Positions 13,864-28,023 of a DNA stretch of 64,000 nucleotides are shown here, piece after piece. The stretch lies in assembly GCA_964016885.1 (NCBI GenBank), contig OZ024743.1, positions 266,910,001-266,974,000 on the forward strand, given 5' to 3'. A program made the position numbers and the translations under genes. Every line of letters begins with the position of its first letter. Position 1 is the first letter of the stretch. The notes under the pieces were generated by a model that made no database searches, was not told the DNA's origin, and was given only the letters and a program-made list of their open reading frames with translations. This DNA is from Eledone cirrhosa. Its lineage: Eukaryota.

Positions 13864-15515
13864 TTATCCACTGTGGAGCAGTTCAGTGATGACATTAAAA
13901 TGGAGTTTGGACTAGATAAATGCGCCAAAGCAATGTTCACCAGAGGAAAGCTGCTGAAGAGTTCAGACATTAATCTTGATCGGGGGAACGTGATATAGAG
14001 AACTTGATCAAGAAAAAACTTACAAATATCTAGGTGTCTGTGAAGGAGACGGAATCAAGCACTCGACAATGAGGGAAAGGATAAGGAAGGAATGTTACCG
14101 CAGAGTAAGAGCAATCTTAAGAACGGAATTGAATGCAAGGAATAGGATCGATGCCATAAACACGCTTGCCATACCAGTAGTAACCTACAGTTACAATGTC
14201 ATCAACTGGTCAAGCACAGAGATCCGTAGGCTCGATACAAAAAAAATCGAAAATTCTTAACCATGCACAGAATGCATCCCCCTAAGGCAGATATAGATAG
14301 AATATATCTCCCTAGGAAAGAAGGAGGACGTGGGTTAATCCAGTTGGACATTGCGTTGAAAACTGCAACAATTGGATTATCTACATATCTAAGGGAATCA
14401 CATGATTGGATGATCAAACTCGTTTTGAAACACGAAAGCATCAAAAGATCATATTCCATTACAAAAGATGCACAAACATACAGTAATGGACTACAAATTT
14501 CAGAAGTCCCATTTACTGCTGAAATGGAAAACACAGAAAAAGCAAAGCAGGTAAAAGTAACTGCAAAAAAAGAACTGCTACAGAAACTGGCTAAGAAATG
14601 GCAAGAAAAGCCTCTGTATGGAAAATACCCAGACCGAGCTAACAATCCTGATGTTGACAAAACTTTAACCCATCAGTGGTTGGCATCCTCTGGACTGAAA
14701 TCGGAGACTGAAGGACTGATTATATCAGCACAACAAATTACCAAGCCAACATAATAAAAAATGGATGCAGCCCATTATGCCGTGTACGCAAAAAACAACC
14801 AGAGACCATTGACAATATAATTTCAATGTGCAGTCCTATAGCTCTAACCGAATACCTAAACAGGCATGACAGAGCTGCACAATACATACATTGGATAATG
14901 TGTAAGCATTTTGACCTGCCCCATCAAAAGAATTGGTGGGAGCATCAACCACCTCCCATACTTGAAAAAGATCACATCTCCATCTTGTGGAACTTTAGCA
15001 TCCAAACAGACCGAAAAATAGATGCAAATAGCCCTGATATAATATTGAAGGACTTTAAAAAGAGGGTATGCCTGCTAATTGATATGTCCGTTCCAATAGA
15101 CAAGAATGTATCTATAAAAACATTTGAAAAATTGAGCAAGTATAAGGACCTGGGGATAGAAATTGGAAAAATGTGGTAATTCAGAACTAAAACAATATCA
15201 GTGGTTGTAGGCGCTCTAGGAATGATACCTAAGGGGTCTAATGATTACTTATCGCAAATCCCAGGAAACCCGCGTATAGGAGAAATACAAAAGATAGTAC
15301 TAATGGGAACTGCCCATATACTAAGGAAGATTCTGTCAATATAAGTACATCACAAGTCTAAACACCTAAAGATGCATGTGTGAGTAGGTATGTTCTTTCT
15401 TGAACATGGCGGACCTTGTTGTCTCTTGAGGTCACTGGTTGTGACTTGGTGATAACTCGTATGAACATAAAGCAAGATAAATGCAGCTGTAATAATAATA
15501 ATAATAATAATAATA
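13863..15515 (+). mobile_element. R4/Dong-clade non-LTR retrotransposon, 5'-truncated and frameshifted (RT C-terminus, CCHC, restriction-like endonuclease)
   Basis: MEFGLDKCAK, YKYLG, NRIDAINTLAIPV, RIYLPRKEGGRGL, LKSETEG, EYLNRHD, PDII..LLIDMSVP..KYKDL, VVVGALG, and a (TAA)n tail. Confidence 0.92.
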
Positions 15516-16099
15516 TTAATACACTATTAATAATTATTAATGCACTCGTGCAATGCCTGTGCGTGACGAATATTTTTAAAGTTAGGAAAGACTGTGCACT
15601 GAGCCAATCCTACTCATGAGCGACAGTAGCTATAACCCGAAAAGAAGAAAAGACGAGCTTCATCGGTAACTACTGAGCCGCAGGTTTTATGTCGGAGTTA
15701 ACCCAGTTTCCTGCGATGCCTTCTCCTAGAAGAATGCCCTGACAAGGGCTAGGTGTTCTTCACTCCCAGTGGTTTAACTGCGCGATCGGGCATCCAGCCC
15801 GATTATTTCTATGTCCCCGCGCAAAAAAAAAAAAAAAAAAAAAAAAAAACTCACTTATTGACACTTTTACGTAGGACATACACACACGCGCATACATACG
15901 CGCGCACACACACGCATACATACGCGTGCACATAGCAACACTCGTACATACAAACAAACACACACACGCTACTCACTTACACATATATATATATATTACC
16001 GTCATTACTGATACAAGAATACAAGATAATGTCAACTGTTGACTTTCAAGAGTTTGTATAGTTGAAGCCGTTCGTATTACAGTCCAGTATTATTATAAT

Positions 16100-16260
16100 T
16101 GCTTTACAGCATAGGGCTATGGCTCTCCACGCTCTGAGTTTAAATCTCGCCGAGGTCAACCTTGCCTTTCATCCCCACGGAGTCAACAAAAGAGAGTACC
16201 AGTAATGCGCTGCACCAATCGCTGGAGCCGTGCCAAAAGCAGAAAAATTATTATTATTAA
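16100..16260 (+). mobile_element. tRNA-derived SINE
   Basis: ctgagtttaaatctcgccgaggtcaaccttgcctttcatcc..gtaccagt..gtgccaaaagcagaaa. Confidence 0.8.
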
Positions 16261-16979
16261 AGTTGTTTTCTTAAGGCCCGGTCGCTGGTGATGGTGATGG
16301 CGGCGGTGGTGTTGGTGGTGGTGGTGGCAGTTGATGTTGTTGTTGTGTTGTGTGTGTGTTTTGTTATTTTGAGTATTTTTGTTTGTGTTGTTTTTTTAAT
16401 CGTTTGATGCCGCTGTTGTTGTAAATGTTCATTTCAATTCATTCTGAAGCTGTTGTTGCTGTCAACATTAGTGCCGGTGTTGTTGTTGTAGATGTTGGAG
16501 TTGAAATCTGGTCGTTTGACTGAGTGATGTATATACACACATATACATACATATATATACACATTCACCACAGAGTAGAGAGTTTGACAACAGGTCGATG
16601 ACTTTAGTCTAGATAGGGTAATGACATGTGATGGTGGGGAGAGAGTGTAGACGTTATTGTCGTGGTGGGGGACAGTGAGATGTATCTAGTTCATTTGTCC
16701 GTTTTCTTCTCTTTGCAAAATTTGAATTTTAGCCATGTTATATTGAGATGTAAGTAAATATAAAATGTAAAATATAAATAAGAATTGCTCTGGTAAAATA
16801 TACTAAAATATTTGTGTAACTTCCAAAAACTTCTGTCATGACATTCCCGAGTCTAGTGACCCCACCAAAAATACATATTTGTATACAGACGTACAGTAGT
16901 ATGTATATATATATATATTAGAAAGTGAGGTTTTTTTCACAAAATGAAAAATAACCGAGGTGTCCTACACGAGTGAAAG

Positions 16980-17260
16980 TATAAAGAAAAAGAGATGAAA
17001 TCGAAAATGTAACTGAAGTCTTATTTTTTTAAAATATATATATTTATTTGGTTCCTTTACCGGTTTCGCAGTTCTTCTGCTTTTCAAAAGGTGAGTTGAG
17101 ATGGAGGGTCTGTGGTTTTTCTCACATCTGATGTGAGAAAAACCACAGACCCTCCATCTCAACTCACCTTTTGAAAAGCAGAAGAACTGCGAAACCGGTA
17201 AAGGAACCAAATAAATATATATATATTTAAAAAAAATAAGACTTCAGTTGCATTTTCGAT
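16980..17260. repeat. Family B: fold-back palindrome (~140-150 bp arms, 1 nt loop at 17129)
   Basis: The arms are reverse complements around ...ctcacatc-T-gatgtgag... A diverged single-arm copy lies at 36301-36430. Confidence 0.95.
17167..17204 (+). ncRNA. Type I minimal hammerhead ribozyme, U3-A8 variant (mirror copy at 17054-17091, minus strand)
   Basis: CCUU-UUGAAAA-GCAG/aagaa/CUGC-GAAA-CCGG-UA-AAGG: stem I CCUU/AAGG, stem II, palindromic stem III and a GUA cleavage triplet. Confidence 0.75.
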
Positions 17261-17272
17261 TTCATCTCTTTT

Positions 17273-17688
17273 TCTTTATATATATATATATATTGTAAAC
17301 AAACATCCCGAATTAAGTCGTACAGTGTCTAGCAACCATCGTTGCTCATTTGTTCAACACTGACAAAGGAACGCTGTACTAGTTTCAAGCTTATTAGCTA
17401 TCGTCAGCAACGTATACCTTCCTGCCAGATGGTTGAAAGTCTGAAAGTATATACTTTCCTTATGAATATTAACGGCTGAGCAGCCTAATTTGCATATCCA
17501 GTGAGTTAATCGGCCGATAGCTAATAAGCTTGAAACTAGTACAGCGTTACTTTGTCAGTGTTGAACAAATGAGCAACGATGGTTGCTAGACACTGTACGG
17601 CTTAATTCGGGATGTTTGTTTACAAACAAACCGAGCATTATAATAAATATTCGGTGAATCCATACGTACATATATATGTGTATGCATG

Positions 17689-17764
<76 letters not shown>

Positions 17765-17807
17765 CTACTGTACGTCTGTATACATATATGTATGTTCGTA
17801 TACATAC

Positions 17808-17810
<3 letters not shown>
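17273..17810. mobile_element. Family D element, locus 1 (forward part plus inverted part)
   Basis: 17273-17515 matches 55500-55740, and 17515-17810 is inverted. The locus is flanked by (TA)n. Confidence 0.9.
17371..17413 (-). ncRNA. Type I minimal hammerhead ribozyme (family D)
   Basis: ACGUUG-CUGACGA-U-AGCU/aaua/AGCU-U-GAAA-CUAG-UA-CAGCGU. Confidence 0.85.
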
Positions 17811-17872
<62 letters not shown>

Positions 17873-18524
17873 CGATGAACACACACATAATATATGTATA
17901 TATATATAGGTATGCTAGTAATCGTTTCCTGTTATTCGAATTTAAGAGTTTGAGTTAAGTGGATCGAAGAATGTCTCAGCATACTGTCGTTTCTCAATCA
18001 ACATATGGGTTATTATAAGAAGCCGTTGTTAGAGTGATCATTATATATATATAATCCTACCTCTGTAAATCTTTACCAGTTTTTCTCTCTATGTATCTAT
18101 ATGTCTATCTGTCTATCAACTTGTCTATTTAACTCTCTTCTTACGCACCAGCTTAACTATAACTATCTATTTATCTATATTTACTAATAAATCTATCTTA
18201 GGGCAAGGAAACAAAACCAACAATGCACATCTCAACACCACGTCTAAGAAAGATATATTGTTGCTTATCTATATCAAATTCATCGTAATTTGAACATATC
18301 TTATTTAAGTTTGCATTAATTCACATAAATTACAATAACTTTCGTCCATACGTTTTTATTTAAATAAATGTATTGTGAAATACGGCGATGTTCGAATTGA
18401 AAAAAGTAAAACCAAGGAAAATCGAGGATTCATGCATATTTATATACAATTTTGTAATCGAGAAACTATTTAAATAGTTTCTTTCACTAAAGAGCCCGTC
18501 ATTTTTTCCGGGTACTATACTAAT

Positions 18525-19925
<1,401 letters not shown>

Positions 19926-20581
19926 ATATTATATATATATATATATATGAACGTGTGTGTACGTGTATGCGTGTGTGTGTGTTTGTGTGTGAATTTGTGC
20001 AAGTACTGTGTTGGTAGTTATATATGTAGAACTATTTATATAGAGAGTCTACAGGGCGATCTATTTATAACATTATCGATGGCATTGGATTAGAACGAAT
20101 TGCTTTTGCAAGTCTATCAAATGAATGGGATTTTGGAAAAAGACATTTTACTACGCATACACACCCAGGCACATACATATATATATGTGTGTGTGTGAGT
20201 GTGTATATACATTTTGTACATATCTACACTCACACAAACACACGTATATATATGTGTGCGTGGGTTAAGTATTTGCTGATAAATATATTTATGTTTGTTG
20301 TGCGTATGTAAGAGTGTATTTATTTGTGATTTTTAGTATACTTTTAAGTACCTAAATTTGTAATTCTCGTTCATAGCTTTCGTGTTTTTAGTTGTAATAT
20401 TAGTATCTTTTGTGTTGATAATGTATATGTTAGCAGCAGGGAAATGATTCCAATTTCAATATGTAACACAATGAAATGCTATATAAAGGATTAGAAATAA
20501 TATCATTGTCCAAGACAATTGCATCCGAAATGTAAATTTGAAAATGTCATACTTCTATGGAAATTCTGCTTCGAGGGATAA

Positions 20582-20678
20582 AGACGTATCTGAAGAACCA
20601 GCGATTTCAGTGTCAGGTTCGTTCCTCGTATCGATCGTACCTCGAGCTGGTCACCAGAGAAACGATTGTAATATGTCT
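20582..20678 (+). ncRNA. Type I hammerhead-like ribozyme with extended stem II (family F)
   Basis: AGACGUAU-CUGAAGA-ACCAGC...GCUGGU-caccaga-GAAA-CGAUUG-UA-AUAUGUCU, with an 8 bp stem I. A second copy lies on the minus strand at 38630-38772. Confidence 0.7.
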
Positions 20679-20820
20679 AATAAATTCTAATTTGTCGCAC
20701 CACTGATTCTTCGTTTCTTATGTTATATTATACTCTGCTCTGTAAGAGCATCGAGTGCTCAAACGGCCTACCGCATACGGACGCTTTTAAACATCCCACA
20801 CCAAATATATATATATATAT

Positions 20821-20885
20821 ATAGGAAAATCTTCAAAACCCCGACGTTAGAGCTCAAGCCGTTTCAACGGCTATTTCGGGACTCA
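20821..20885 (-). repeat. Fragment of the 49 kb hairpin-element family
   Basis: The reverse complement gaaatagccgttgaaacggcttgagctctaacgtcgggg..ttttcctata matches 49081-49135. Confidence 0.75.
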
Positions 20886-21069
20886 TATATATATATACAT
20901 ATATATATGTGTGTGTGTGTGTTAAAACTATTGAGATTTCCAATTTAGGCACAAGAAAAATGGGAGAATTTTCCGATATCAGATATGTCACTCATTAATT
21001 TACAAAGTCAAAAAAACCATAGCGGTCTAGAATTAATGTGTCAAATAATGTATATAGAATTAGATTAAA

Positions 21070-21930
21070 TATTACATTCCAGATTTCAGGTAGTTCGTTT
21101 CGGGATCAAGATGTATATTAGCCACTGGATCAGGATGAAATACTTCTGTTTATGTTTGATATTTGATTCCTGATTTCAAGAGATGGAATTTCAGATTTAG
21201 TTAGATAATAGAATTCATATTTATCTGGTCAAATATTACATGTCAAGTTTGTTATTTGATTCCGGGTTTCAAGTGCTCGTTCTACATCTTGAATTTCAGG
21301 TGGGTATACTAGATCGTGCTTGTTATTATTGTAGATTCGGATTTCACATGCTCGGACTTTCAGTTTAGATATTACATTTTGAATTTCAGTAAACACATTT
21401 CCGATTGAGATACATATATGATTTGGTATTGCATCTGTTTAGATTTGAAACTAAAGTAGATATTTCATTCCATAAAGAAAATGTTCATTTTTTTGGATCA
21501 CGTTAGACACTACAATTCGCATTTCAGTTGATTGTATTTCAGAGTTTGATATTATGTTCCGGATTTGATGGTATGGCATTGACTTAAATATTTGTTTCTG
21601 GATATCAGTTCATATTTCTAGATCGTGTTAGATATTGGATTCCGGTTTCTGGTGCTCATTTCTCAGTTCAAGTAGGTTATTATATTTAGAATTTTATATT
21701 ACGTTACATATCAAATTCCAGATTTCTGTGTGTCAAATTTCGTATTGGGGTGGATACTAGTTTCAGGATTTCAGATGAATTTGTTCCGGATTCGTTTATA
21801 TATTAGATTCTAAAACTTGTTAGATTCCAGGTAGTTTCTATTCAAGATCGATTTGAACATAAAATTCCGTATTTATGATGGTCGGATTCGAAACCATATT
21901 ACACATTAGCATACGATTTTCAGGTGGCCG
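21070..21930. repeat. Ancient degenerate minisatellite (motif ~ATTCCAGATTTCAG)
   Basis: Variants of attcc(a/g)gatttca recur irregularly across the tract. Confidence 0.5.
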
Positions 21931-22499
21931 GATATTAATGGAATTCATTTGAATACATTAAATGTTATCCATTGCCCTATGAGATAGTTCAATGTATCAA
22001 TCGATAGCCACACGTACTACCGTAATTCACCATTTGATTAATGGTGACAGTGGTAGTTGTTAACAGTACAATCCATATCATTGATATATACTGCTGTATA
22101 ATTTATAAGAATTATGGTGTAGTCAATATGTAATTATGTGCAAATACATGTAGCAGATTCCCTGTAATCTGTGCTTCAAAGTATTGAACGCATTGCTTTA
22201 TGACTGAGCTGATCAGAACGATCGCTACGATACTAAATAAAGATCAGGACATGATAAAACGATAGATATCTGCTCTGAACGCCTCACATTATTCAGTTAT
22301 GACGTTTCAAATTCAAAGCTAACAGGGGTCAAATTTGTATATCCTTCTTCATGCCTCGATAACATGGTAAAGTATTGGGTTTCATGAAATGGACAACAGG
22401 CCGAGAACAGTAGCGTTACTAGGATATGAGCCACTCAGTGCATTAAGTGATGATACCCACGTTCCCTTTATTGGTTTCCTCCCGTACCAGACCTTAAAT

Positions 22500-23800
22500 T
22501 ATCTCTTCAAATTATAATATATTTAGAAATTTTATACGTTGACATTTCTGCATCTTCTTGAATCTTCCGAGGACCACAATCGGTGGTGAGGCTTTGACAA
22601 AGTGTGAGCTTCAGCTTCCTCGGTCGACCATTGTAGTCGACAGATCCACTTTTTGTAGCCTGTGTTTATCTCGAAGATTGATTTCAAGGTGATATAGGGC
22701 GTGCGTCTTCATCTCTTTGTATTCAGAGTCCAGAGAATCCATCTTTCAGTGGCATAATCAGACCGAGTGACATGGCTGGCAAGGGACAGAGGATGACGCT
22801 TCAGAACATCAGAGATATGAAGCAGGAATTCATACACAGACATGGTGTTGGATGATGTCTCCAGGAGGTGTTGTATGCCGAACGAAGCATTCTGGTGTAT
22901 GTACCACCGAGTCTCTTGTGCCGAATACTTCAACGTCAACGACTCCGAACCGTACAAAAGGATCGTTTCTACACAAACCAGAAACATCCATGCTTTTGTG
23001 GCCATGAGAAGCGCACTCCATGACTGAGCAATACTGACATCCATGTCAGGGCCAGTGTCAGTGTAACCACCCAAGAACTTGTAATCACTCACGCCTTCAA
23101 TATCTGAACCATGTGATGCGTGCAGGTGTGCATAGGCAGATCTGTTCAAGTGCATGTACTTTGTCTTTTGTGCATTCATAAACAGACCAACACACTGGCA
23201 TGTCTTCTAAGGCTGAAGAGAAGATCCTTGCCACTTTGATCGTATTTTCGAGAAGCACAATGTCGCCAAGGTAATCATCTTCTGCTGTGTCTTCGGCAGG
23301 ATGACGGTGATTAAGATTTCGTCTCAGTGTCAGACCATCAGTTTTAGTGATCAAAGTGCGCAATGAATAGTATAGACAGACGATAAACTTGTATGGGGCG
23401 AGAGGGTCACCCTTAAGAACGCCTGTGTTGTTGCAGAATGCAGCAGTTTTAACAGCTGGCGTGATTACAAATGCAGAGATACTCTCATACAAGATTCCGT
23501 TCGCGTAGACTACATCAGGTGGAATGTTGTAAGATTCGAGAACTTTCTTGCGATTGACAGAGTCAAAGGACTTTCGGAAATCGCTAAATACTAATACAGC
23601 CTCGATATCATGGTTTTTAAGTTATTTTACTATAGGACAAAACACATTTTGATTCAAACGTAGCAACTCGTCGATATCTGGTCGAATACTGTTTAGCAGA
23701 TAGCGGATGTAATCTGGGAGAGTGAGATGATTTTGTAGTTGTTCCTTTTTTATAGGTCCCTTTTCTTCGGAATTGATGCTAGACCGGAGATACCCCATTC
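22500..23800 (-). mobile_element. RTE-X-like LINE fragment (RT and downstream), decayed
   Basis: GVLKGDPLAPYKFIVCL, RRNLNHRHPAE, NAQKTKYM, YKFLG and VETILLYGSE in ORFs 23097..23492 and 22709..23179. Confidence 0.85.
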
Positions 23801-23888
23801 TTTAGGTCAGTTTCTATTGTAGGTGCCATTAGACAACTTCAGGATACTCATCAGTTTAAAAAACGCCGGAGGAAGTCCATCATTTCTT

Positions 23889-23902
23889 GCACACACACAC
23901 CG

Positions 23903-23990
<88 letters not shown>

Positions 23991-23996
23991 GCGCGC
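23889..23996. repeat. (CA)n followed by (CG)n alternating tract
   Basis: Direct observation. Confidence 0.95.
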
Positions 23997-24582
23997 ACCC
24001 GCCACAAACACACATGCGCACACACATATATATATATGCACACACGCACATACATATATATATGTGCGCGCGCGTGTGTGTGTGTGTGTGTGTGTCTATC
24101 GCCCTAAACATTTACAGCAATCTTGCTTTATAAAAAAATACTAAAATATAGATTGATCGGGTTGCACTTATATCAAACCACCTCCAAATTCCACTCTAAG
24201 AGCAAGCCTAACCTTACTTATGAATCTCATCAGTCACCCACTAAAATTTAAAGGAAGTCAAATCTGTCTTTTCCCTCTTGAAAATGTGATCAGCTTAGTC
24301 GGGCCGGGAAATAATGTCAGTAGTCACCACCAAACGGTTGAAGACTTTTATATGAAACGAACGCTCAATCCCGCAGACGTCGTTGACTGTGCAACGAATC
24401 CTTTTCTAAGTAATAATAACTATCGAAATATTTCTCCTTGTTAGTAATATTCGGACATTGCACAAGTGCATAATGCTCAGATTTCGTAACACCCTTCGCT
24501 GTCGGTGATGCAAGGAGTGCATCAGCTAGTGGAATACCAGTTGAAAGGGCTGTATTAAAGGTGGCGCGTGAAGTGCTGGTCT

Positions 24583-24657
24583 GAAGAAGAAGAAGAAGAA
24601 GAAGAAGAAGAAGAAGAAGAAGAAGAAGAAGAAGAAGAAGAAGAAGAAGAAGAAGAA
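24583..24657. repeat. (GAA)n microsatellite
   Basis: Direct observation. Confidence 0.95.
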
Positions 24658-25124
24658 CTAACGAAGAGGGAATATCAGGAGAGTCTGTGAAATAACATCA
24701 TTGACGTCACTTTGCTGTAATCTAATAGACGTAGATACTGCCTTCACTAACATATCTGTTCTGCTTGTTAATTAGAATCAAGACTTACACAATGATCGAT
24801 ATACGCTTAATTAATAGAGGCAGACACATAACTGAGACAACAACCGCTCTCGGCATCGTAGCAAAAATACAACTGGCATTACTACTTCTATTCCTACAAG
24901 GATTTAAAATAAAACAAAATAAATAATTGCAGTCATTTTTTTTTTATAGATTTTAAAGAGTCACAGAACTGGTAAAATACCGAGTTAATTACTTCTTGTA
25001 TTAACTTAACTCCCTTAACTTGATTTTCTGGGTTCAAATACGTAGCGAATAACTTTTTAAGGCCGAATTCATCAAATTAAACAAAGAAAAATCAAAAACA
25101 TAAAAAACTCATCAATAATTGAAT

Positions 25125-25380
25125 GCAAAGTTAACCTCGGCGGGATTTGAACTCAGATCATAAAGGGCCATAACTCTAAGTGTAATATCAGTTTGTTATA
25201 TAGACACAAGGCCATTAATCGACCCCAATGCATGACTGGTACTTTATTTTATCGACCCAGTAAGGATGAAAGGCAAAGTAACCTTGGCGGGATTTGAACT
25301 CAGATGATAAAGGTCCGTAACTCTATGCTGCAAAGTATGGCGTCCGATCCTCTGCCGATACTGCCAATCCAGAGCCCTTA
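25125..25380 (-). mobile_element. Two tRNA-derived SINE pieces
   Basis: The reverse complement of the SINE core (aaagttaacctcggcgggatttgaactcag) occurs twice. Confidence 0.8.
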
Positions 25381-25424
25381 AAATATGTGTAATAATAATA
25401 AAAAAAATAGTATAAATAATAATG

Positions 25425-25600
25425 AATTGGCGTAGCATATATGGTAGGGGGTTTGCTTAACGATAATAATGTCGGGAGCTCAATTCCCGGAAGCACGTTG
25501 GTTTCTCAAATATTTCTCCTTATATCCCATTCCTCATGTAGACTCATGGCAAAAATGAGTGGCACCTGCAATTTCACCGGTCTACCTTGTCATGCGGTGT
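25425..25600 (+). mobile_element. Degenerate tRNA-headed SINE (second family)
   Basis: A-box-like tggcgtagcatatatgg and B-box-like gctcaattccc, with no intact cloverleaf. Confidence 0.4.
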
Positions 25601-25979
25601 CATGCTGAATCACCTTCACAACTACGTTAAAGATCAACGTGCCAGCAACATTGATCCCACAAGCAGATTGTGTGATTGTTCCAACATCTGGATCACGCGT
25701 TGTAGCAAACGATATAGATATAAGCACAAGAGCATGAAGTAGTAGGGAAGTAATGATTATGAGAAAATTGAAGAATAATGGTACCACGAACAGTATTAAT
25801 AGCGATTATAATACTAATATAACAGGAGCAATAAATAAGATACTGGTCGCATACTACTTGTCTAATTACTTAAATAACATTATTTGGAGACTCTAAAGTA
25901 GAAAACTACATACTGCCAAGAAGAAACATAAGCTCACACACGAATGCGTACACCTATTGCACATCTATACTCACAAATG

Positions 25980-26035
<56 letters not shown>

Positions 26036-26149
26036 TGTCTAAGTCTAAATATATCCGTGCTGATGAGAGTGTTTTATTCGTATGCATATGAAAACTTAAT
26101 TAATTCACTAATGAGCCTATATATATATATATGTTTAATATCGTATATA

Positions 26150-26184
<35 letters not shown>

Positions 26185-26185
26185 C

Positions 26186-26285
<100 letters not shown>

Positions 26286-26844
26286 CATATATATACATAT
26301 ATATGTGAGCGTGTATATATCCGTATTGCAAGCAAGATATCAACAGATACATAAAAAGACAGAGCACGAAAACAGAAAAGTTCGCATGTGTGTACTTTCA
26401 TACATTGTGGAGCCTCGACAAATTCTTCGGAAGAATTATGGTGATATATCTCAGATTCTGAACCTATTTATAAGTCTGTTCTCTAATAATGGCGATGTTA
26501 CTTGGCCTTAAACACACATTTAATTGTTATAGGTTTTGTTGCTGTTGTTGCTTTTAGTTCTTGTATTAGATTGTTGTTGTTTTTTTTGTAATTAATATAG
26601 GTGTTATTTCTTTAAAATTTTCTTGTTATTTGTTCAATATTACGTTGATGATAAACGCGTGTTTTGAATGTCGTCTGAAATTCTGATAATTAATGTACCA
26701 ATGTTGTTTAATTAGCAAAGTCAGAAACATCATTTCCACATATATACGCACACATACAATTACGCACACACACACACATATAAATACACTGAGACAGACA
26801 CATACATACACACACAGGCGCACACACTTAATGTATTTTATGTG

Positions 26845-27030
26845 TTTGGATTGGCAGTATCGGTGGAGGGTCGGACGCCATGCTTTCCAGCATAGTTACG
26901 TCCCTTTACGATCTGAGTTCAAATCTCGCCGAGGTTGACTTTGCCTTTCATCCTTACGGGGTCGATAAAATAAAGTACCAGTAATGCACTGGGTAATTGC
27001 TGGCCTTGTGCCTAACGTAGAAACAATTAT
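26845..27030 (+). mobile_element. tRNA-derived SINE
   Basis: Full head (ggattggcagtatcggt..ctgagttcaaatc), core and tail. Confidence 0.85.
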
Positions 27031-27126
27031 GTGTTTTAAATGTTCACATCCTTCTCTCTATACATCTCTTCCTACATTCTAAACTTTTTCGAGCCTGTCT
27101 GTATACATAAACGCATGAACACACAG

Positions 27127-27196
<70 letters not shown>

Positions 27197-27212
27197 TCAT
27201 ATATATATGTGA

Positions 27213-27243
<31 letters not shown>

Positions 27244-27307
27244 TGTGTGTGCGTGTATATACATATATATATAGCGAAAGGCCTGATTACATGGAATCTA
27301 AATAATA

Positions 27308-27497
27308 ATTGTTTCTACTTTTGACACAAGGCCAGCACTTACCCAGTGCATTAATGGTACTTTATTTTATCGACCCCGGAAGGATGAAAGGCAAAGTTAA
27401 CCTCGGCGGGATTTGAATTCAGATCATACAGGCAGGTAACTCTATGCTTCAAAGCATGGCATCCGACCCTCTACCGATACTGCCAATCCACCGCCTT
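27308..27497 (-). mobile_element. tRNA-derived SINE
   Basis: Reverse complement of the full SINE, starting ggcggtggattggcag. Confidence 0.85.
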
Positions 27498-27970
27498 TGG
27501 AATCTAAATAATTATAATTATTATTTCTATGAGAGAAATAAGGGCAATTAATAACCGAAAATTAAATAAAAAGATTATCGTTACTCTCAGTTTAGCTCTA
27601 GTGATTGTCATAATAAAAACCCTTCATCTTATATATATATAGGTATATACATATATATATATGAATATTTACTCATACACCAATTAAACAAAATCACAGA
27701 TATATATGTGTTTTGGCAACCATTCACGATGTGGCTGAATGAAGAATTAATAAATTAAATAGTCAGAGCAAAGTACTGTTGAAATGTTGGATAGATATTT
27801 TATAGCGGTTGGCCGCGAAGACGTTGCTATGGTATGTTTATTTACTGTTTCTTCATAGGTGCCTTATAGCCTAGTCTAATTGATTTTTTGTGTGGTTAAT
27901 TATGCTAATTGGGAGTTGAAATGATGTATATATATTATCAAATAATTCTATGGACTTGCTTTATTTTATA

Positions 27971-28019
<49 letters not shown>

Positions 28020-28023
<4 letters not shown>

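Noticed and set aside
25590-25787. Hydrophobic 65 aa ORF resembling a signal peptide
   Set aside because: It has no recognisable domain or splice context and overlaps degenerate repeat-like sequence.
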